From contig MFPH01000034.1 of NCBI GenBank assembly GCA_001782645.1, positions 1 to 33,050 of the forward strand: DNA of 33,050 nt. Direction: 5' to 3'. This document shows, one piece after another, positions 29,411 through 33,050 of this stretch. Position numbers and translations under genes: made by a program. Position 1 is the stretch's first letter; the number at the start of each line of letters is the position of its first letter. The notes below the pieces were generated by a model. It did not search any database. It was not told where the DNA came from and saw only the letters and a program-made list of their open reading frames with translations. This stretch comes from Candidatus Levybacteria bacterium RIFCSPLOWO2_12_FULL_37_14. Lineage in GTDB: Bacteria; Patescibacteriota; Microgenomatia; Levybacterales; UBA12049.

Positions 29411-30919
29411 TTATTGAAATCTTTTTTTAAATTCATCTATCAATTTCGAAATTTGTTTTAGTGCCTGCTCTGTCGGTCTATCGCCCGCGGATAATGTTTC
29501 CAGAACTTTCGGATAATTCTTTTTCGCAAAGCTGTGTAAATCTTTTTCAAACCTATGAAAAGAATCAACCGGAATGTCGTCCATCAGTCCGCTCGTTACA
29601 GCGTAAATGCTTAATACTTCCAAATTCTCCGTAAGGGGGAAGTATTGAGGTTGCTTAAGGATTTCCGTAAGTCTTCTTCCTCGGTCAAGCTGTTTTTGGG
29701 TTGCCGGATCAACTTCACTGCCAAATTGCGCAAAAGCTGCAACAGAATTATATTGAGCAAGTTCAAGCCTTAATTTATTAGAGACTGATTTAATTGTCTG
29801 CGTTTGAGCTGCGCCTCCGACTCTCGATACGGATTGTCCGACGTTAATGGCCGGTCTGATCCCTGCATTAAAAAGATCTGTTTGTAGGTATATCTGGCCA
29901 TCGGTAATAGATATAACATTTGTTGGAATATAGGCAGAGATATCGTTAGCCTGTGTTTCAATGATGGGAAGCGCGGTTATTGAGCCTCCTCCATTTTCTT
30001 TATTCAATTTGACCGATCTTTCCAAAAGTTTGCTATGGAGATAAAAAATGTCCCCGGGATATGCTTCTCTTCCTGCAGGCCGCTTCAAGACCAGGGAAAT
30101 TTGCCTATACGCCCAAGCATGTTTCGTAAGGTCGTCGTAAACAATCAGAACGTCTCTTCCTTTGTCCAGAAAATATTCCGCTATTGCGCATCCCGAATAT
30201 GGAGCCAGATATTGCAGCGCGGCCGAATCGGAAGCGCTTGCGGATACTACTATGGTGTAGCTTCCTGCTCCTTCAGAGTTTAATCTGTCAATGACCTGAG
30301 CTATGGTGCTTTTTTTTTGCCCGATTGCTACATATACGCAAACAACAGGTTTTTTATTAAACTTTTGATTAATAATGCTGTCTATCGCGATTGCAGTTTT
30401 TCCTGTTTGCCTGTCTCCTATGATAAGCTCTCTTTGTCCCCGGCCAATTGGAATCATGGAGTCGATTGCTTTGATGCCTGTTTTAAGGGGTGTGGAGACA
30501 GGCTCACGGTCAACAACGCCTGCCGCAATTTTTTCCAAAGGCATATTTTTGCCTTTTTTTATTTTGGGCTTGTTGTCTTGCGGATTCCCGAGTGGATCTA
30601 TTACTCTTCCCAATAGCTCCTCAGACACTTCGATTGAAAGCATCTTGCCTGTTGTTTTCAAAGTGTCTCCTTCTTTTACGCTTGATGTTTCCCCCAAGAG
30701 TATTATGGAGACGCTTTCTTCATCAAGATTCAAGACGGTTCCGGCGTTTCCGTCTTCGAAGATAACTTTTTCTCCCATAATTGCCCGGGATAGTCCTGAT
30801 GCGGTTATTACGCCGTCAGTGTTCTTGATAACGGTTCCAACGTTTTGTATTTTGACATCTCCGCCATATGCCGTTAATATTTTTTCCAGTGTTCCTATAA
30901 TTTTATTGTTATCAATCAT
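29411..30919 (-). CDS. atpA: F1 ATP synthase alpha subunit
   Basis: Walker A is GDRQTGKT. YVAIGQK, PGREAYPGDIFYLHSKLLER and ITDGQIYL are also present. Confidence 0.95.
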   Translation of the reverse strand: MIDNNKIIGTLEKILTAYGGDVKIQNVGTVIKNTDGVITASGLSRAIMGEKVIFEDGNAGTVLNLDEESVSIILLGETSSVKEGDTLKTTGKMLSIEVSEELLGRVIDPLGNPQDNKPKIKKGKNMPLEKIAAGVVDREPVSTPLKTGIKAIDSMIPIGRGQRELIIGDRQTGKTAIAIDSIINQKFNKKPVVCVYVAIGQKKSTIAQVIDRLNSEGAGSYTIVVSASASDSAALQYLAPYSGCAIAEYFLDKGRDVLIVYDDLTKHAWAYRQISLVLKRPAGREAYPGDIFYLHSKLLERSVKLNKENGGGSITALPIIETQANDISAYIPTNVISITDGQIYLQTDLFNAGIRPAINVGQSVSRVGGAAQTQTIKSVSNKLRLELAQYNSVAAFAQFGSEVDPATQKQLDRGRRLTEILKQPQYFPLTENLEVLSIYAVTSGLMDDIPVDSFHRFEKDLHSFAKKNYPKVLETLSAGDRPTEQALKQISKLIDEFKKRFQ

Positions 30920-31268
30920 AATTTTGTTCTACGAAACTAAGGATCCTATGAAGTGAATTCTTCAATGTGAAATCATAGACAATGTCATTATCTACGATGC
31001 GCATGCCAAGCATAAGCGACGGATCTTTTTCCAAAATAATTTTTTTGTAAGGAAAAAGTTTTATAATTTTTTTCAGGTCTTGATTATTAAGAGGTGAAGA
31101 GCTGGAGATAATAAGCGTATTTTCTTTTTCTCCTAATTTTAAACCGTTGATATACTTTTTTAAATCTTTGATGCTAAGAAGGGAAGCGATTTTTTCAACC
31201 TTTTTTTGGTCAAGATATCTATAGCTTGCTCCGATAAGTTCATCTATTTTCTTTTTGTTCATACTCAA
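30912..31268 (-). CDS. atpH: ATP synthase delta (OSCP) subunit, short form (118 aa)
   Basis: The gene sits between atpF and atpA. The C-terminal DPSLMLGMRIVDNDIVYDFTLKNSLHRI matches the delta C-terminal pattern (D.sliGG..i..gd...D.S....L). It overlaps atpA by 8 nt and atpF by 4 nt. Confidence 0.7.
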   Translation of the reverse strand: MSMNKKKIDELIGASYRYLDQKKVEKIASLLSIKDLKKYINGLKLGEKENTLIISSSSPLNNQDLKKIIKLFPYKKIILEKDPSLMLGMRIVDNDIVYDFTLKNSLHRILSFVEQNYD

Positions 31269-31768
31269 TCAATTTTCTTCATTTTTTTCAACGCCTGCGA
31301 AATAACTTCTTTTTGCTCTTTGGATGAAAAGAATTCCCTCAAGGTTTTTTCCAAGAATGTGACAGCCAATTTACTGGTGTTCATAGCCAGCCTTTTTTCT
31401 GTTGCTGCCGATTCTTTTGCAATCTGCTCTTTAGCATCAATTAATAATTTTTCCGTGTGATTTTTTGCTTCTTCGTTTGCTTGTCTGGTAACTACTGTCA
31501 GTTCCTGTTTTGCGTCTTCAATTATTTTCTTTGATTGAAGCTGCGCATTTCTTAATATGTTTTTTTCTTCAATAAGTACTTTTTCAAGCTTTATTCTGGC
31601 ATTTTCTGCGTGTTCCAATCCTTCCCTAATTGTAGTTTGTCTTTTTTTCAAGACATCAAGAATCGGCTTATATAGTACTTTTTTTAATATGAAAAGTACA
31701 ATTAAAAAATTTAATACTTGAGCACCCAAAAGTACAGGATTCAATCCAAAATTTTTTATTATTTCCAT
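31265..31768 (-). CDS. atpF: Fo ATP synthase b subunit
   Basis: A single N-terminal TM segment (LGAQVLNFLIVLFILKKVLYKPI) is followed by a long charged helix. Confidence 0.8.
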   Translation of the reverse strand: MEIIKNFGLNPVLLGAQVLNFLIVLFILKKVLYKPILDVLKKRQTTIREGLEHAENARIKLEKVLIEEKNILRNAQLQSKKIIEDAKQELTVVTRQANEEAKNHTEKLLIDAKEQIAKESAATEKRLAMNTSKLAVTFLEKTLREFFSSKEQKEVISQALKKMKKID

Positions 31769-31805
31769 ATATTAAGAACATTAAGGAAATTTTCCCTTCA
31801 ATAGA

Positions 31806-32012
31806 TTATTTTCCAAAAGCTAATATTAGGGAATAAATTGCAATTGCTTCTGCGAATGCCATTGAAAGCAGCATCGCGGGTAAAATTTTCGCTGACGCTT
31901 CGGGATTTCTTCCGAGCGCTTCCATCGCTTTTGTACCAATAAGACCAATTGCTATTGCCGGACCTATACCTCCTATAGCTATAATTAAACCTCCCGATAT
32001 ACTAAATTCCAT
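31806..32012 (-). CDS. atpE: Fo ATP synthase c subunit (proteolipid)
   Basis: The 68-aa hairpin has the Gly-rich helix IGGIGPAIAIG, the loop GRNPEA, and the carboxylate in AFAEAIAIY. Confidence 0.9.
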   Translation of the reverse strand: MEFSISGGLIIAIGGIGPAIAIGLIGTKAMEALGRNPEASAKILPAMLLSMAFAEAIAIYSLILAFGK

Positions 32013-32016
32013 AATT

Positions 32017-32025
32017 CACCTCCTT
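32017..32025 (-). promoter_or_regulatory. Strong Shine-Dalgarno site of atpE (AAGGAGGTG)
   Basis: The reverse complement of CACCTCCTT lies 4 nt upstream of the atpE ATG. It is the best SD match in the window. Confidence 0.8.
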
Positions 32026-32075
32026 TATCGTCTGTATTTCATCTTACACTATCATTTATATTCATGCAAATACTT

Positions 32076-32801
32076 TTAGTGCGTCTTCTGGTGAGACGTT
32101 GTTAATATTGCCATGAAAGACATGGTCAGCATCGAAAATACAAGAGCCTGAACAAAGCCAACGATTACTTCCAAAAGTAAGAATGGGAGAGGGAATGCAA
32201 AGGCGAAAATTGAAGATACTGTAACCAATACGACTTCCCCCGCATAAATATTTCCAAATAGCCTAAAGGAGAGGGAAACAACTTTGGTTAATTCCGATAT
32301 GATTTCAAGAATTCCTATAAAGAGATTGATTGGGTTGAGGGAGAAATATCGGCCGAGATATTCTTTTATTCCAATTGTCTGAATACTTAGCGAATGGGTG
32401 GCGACCGCAGATATAAGCGCTAATCCAAGCGTAGTATTCAGATCACTCGTAGAGCCTCTGAAAAGCGGTACGAGTTCATGTTCATGAAAAAAACCTATTG
32501 ACCCGACTCCGGGAATGAGCGCGCTCCAATTTATGAATAATATATACAAAAAGAAAGTCATGAAGTAGGGAAATATTTTGGGGGCAACATGCTGGCTAAT
32601 TGACTCCGTAAGACTATAGAAAGTTTCTATTATAAATTCTGCCATATTTTGAAGAAAGTTGTCGGGCATAATCGTGATTTTTTTACCGATATGAAAAGCT
32701 CCTCCGATTAGAATTATATCTACAAGAATTGTATTAAGGAGAGTATTGGTAATAGGAAGCTTTCCTATTGTTAAAATTGTTTCCGGCGCAAATGACGGCA
32801 T
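32076..32801 (-). CDS. atpB: Fo ATP synthase a subunit
   Basis: The protein is polytopic. The conserved region LSFRLFGNIYAGE carries the essential Arg, and the N-terminus IGKLPITNTLLNT is typical. Confidence 0.9.
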   Translation of the reverse strand: MPSFAPETILTIGKLPITNTLLNTILVDIILIGGAFHIGKKITIMPDNFLQNMAEFIIETFYSLTESISQHVAPKIFPYFMTFFLYILFINWSALIPGVGSIGFFHEHELVPLFRGSTSDLNTTLGLALISAVATHSLSIQTIGIKEYLGRYFSLNPINLFIGILEIISELTKVVSLSFRLFGNIYAGEVVLVTVSSIFAFAFPLPFLLLEVIVGFVQALVFSMLTMSFMAILTTSHQKTH

Positions 32802-32809
32802 TTACTTTA

Positions 32810-32838
32810 ATTCTAAATGCAGATCGTGTTTAAGTCAA
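32810..32838 (-). promoter_or_regulatory. Candidate atp operon promoter (TTGACT - 17 nt - TAGAAT)
   Basis: On the minus strand the -35 TTGACT is at 32838-32833 and the -10 TAGAAT at 32815-32810, with an exact 17-nt spacer. The -10 ends 8 nt before the atpB ATG. Confidence 0.5.
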
Positions 32839-33050
32839 GAAGCGGAACTTCACTAAGCAGTTTCCTTATGGGGTTTGCCCCGTAACATCGCTCTTGCGCC
32901 TGCCCGCCTCTGGAGGGATGCGAGGATGTAAACCTCAAGAGCAAGTAAGATCGTTATGGCGCCACTTCCTGCCAGTATCTGGGGATTTGTTTGACCATGG
33001 AAGGATAATTAAGCATAAAGTCAGGCCTTTCGGTAAAGGTAACGGAAGGG

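Noticed and set aside
31806-32012. Possible Na+-coupled c subunit.
   Set aside because: The Na+-binding signature is absent. It requires a Gln in helix 1 and E-S/T in helix 2, as in Ilyobacter tartaricus. Here helix 1 has AIAIG and helix 2 has AEAIAIY, so the ring looks H+-type.
32830-32844. AAGTCAAG read as the RNase P P4 5' strand (CR-I).
   Set aside because: The same bases are the reverse complement of a TTGACT -35 box that sits exactly 17 nt from a TAGAAT -10 upstream of atpB. The expected P5 pairing after it is also absent.
32981-33050. A tmRNA-like 5' end (GGGGATTTG-TTTGACC) and a 16S 3'-end-like string (AAAGGTAACGGAAGGG).
   Set aside because: The tmRNA D-arm GG and the TTCGAC consensus are missing, and no T-arm can be checked because the window ends. 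The flanking sequence does not match 16S helices 44 and 45. Both resemblances are too short to support a call.

Overview
This is an AT-rich bacterial window with the standard genetic code (TGA works as a stop) and Shine-Dalgarno sites. Gene content and compactness suggest a small-genome, CPR/Patescibacteria-like organism, but that is inference only.

Left arm (1-23243): one very large cell-surface glycan locus.
- It holds at least six, probably seven, polytopic GT-C-like membrane transferases. Two of these are fused to N-terminal GT2 domains.
- It also encodes a DPM1/Ppm1-like polyprenyl-phosphate sugar synthase, a Wzx-like flippase and an O-antigen-ligase/Wzy-like protein.
- Further genes are three stand-alone GT2s, two GT4s (one truncated at the window start), two SAM methyltransferases and a sugar C-methyltransferase.
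- Thirteen of these genes (3983-19019) form one tightly packed plus-strand array.

Right arm (23227-32838):
- A TM-anchored Ig-like surface protein is encoded immediately behind a tRNA-Thr(CGU).
- A pyrF-pyrE-pyrC operon follows.
- A complete F1Fo ATP synthase operon (atpBEFHAGDC, minus strand) has an unusually short delta subunit. Its near-consensus promoter sits so close to the atpB start that the first cistron looks leaderless.

The last ~210 nt are unresolved; they could be a structured RNA or a gene cut by the window edge.

I saw no CRISPR array, transposase, integrase, rRNA or recognisable defence genes. The most interesting signal is the multi-GT-C extracytoplasmic glycosylation machinery and its GT2::GT-C fusions. 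All family assignments come from motif reading by eye, not from database searches.
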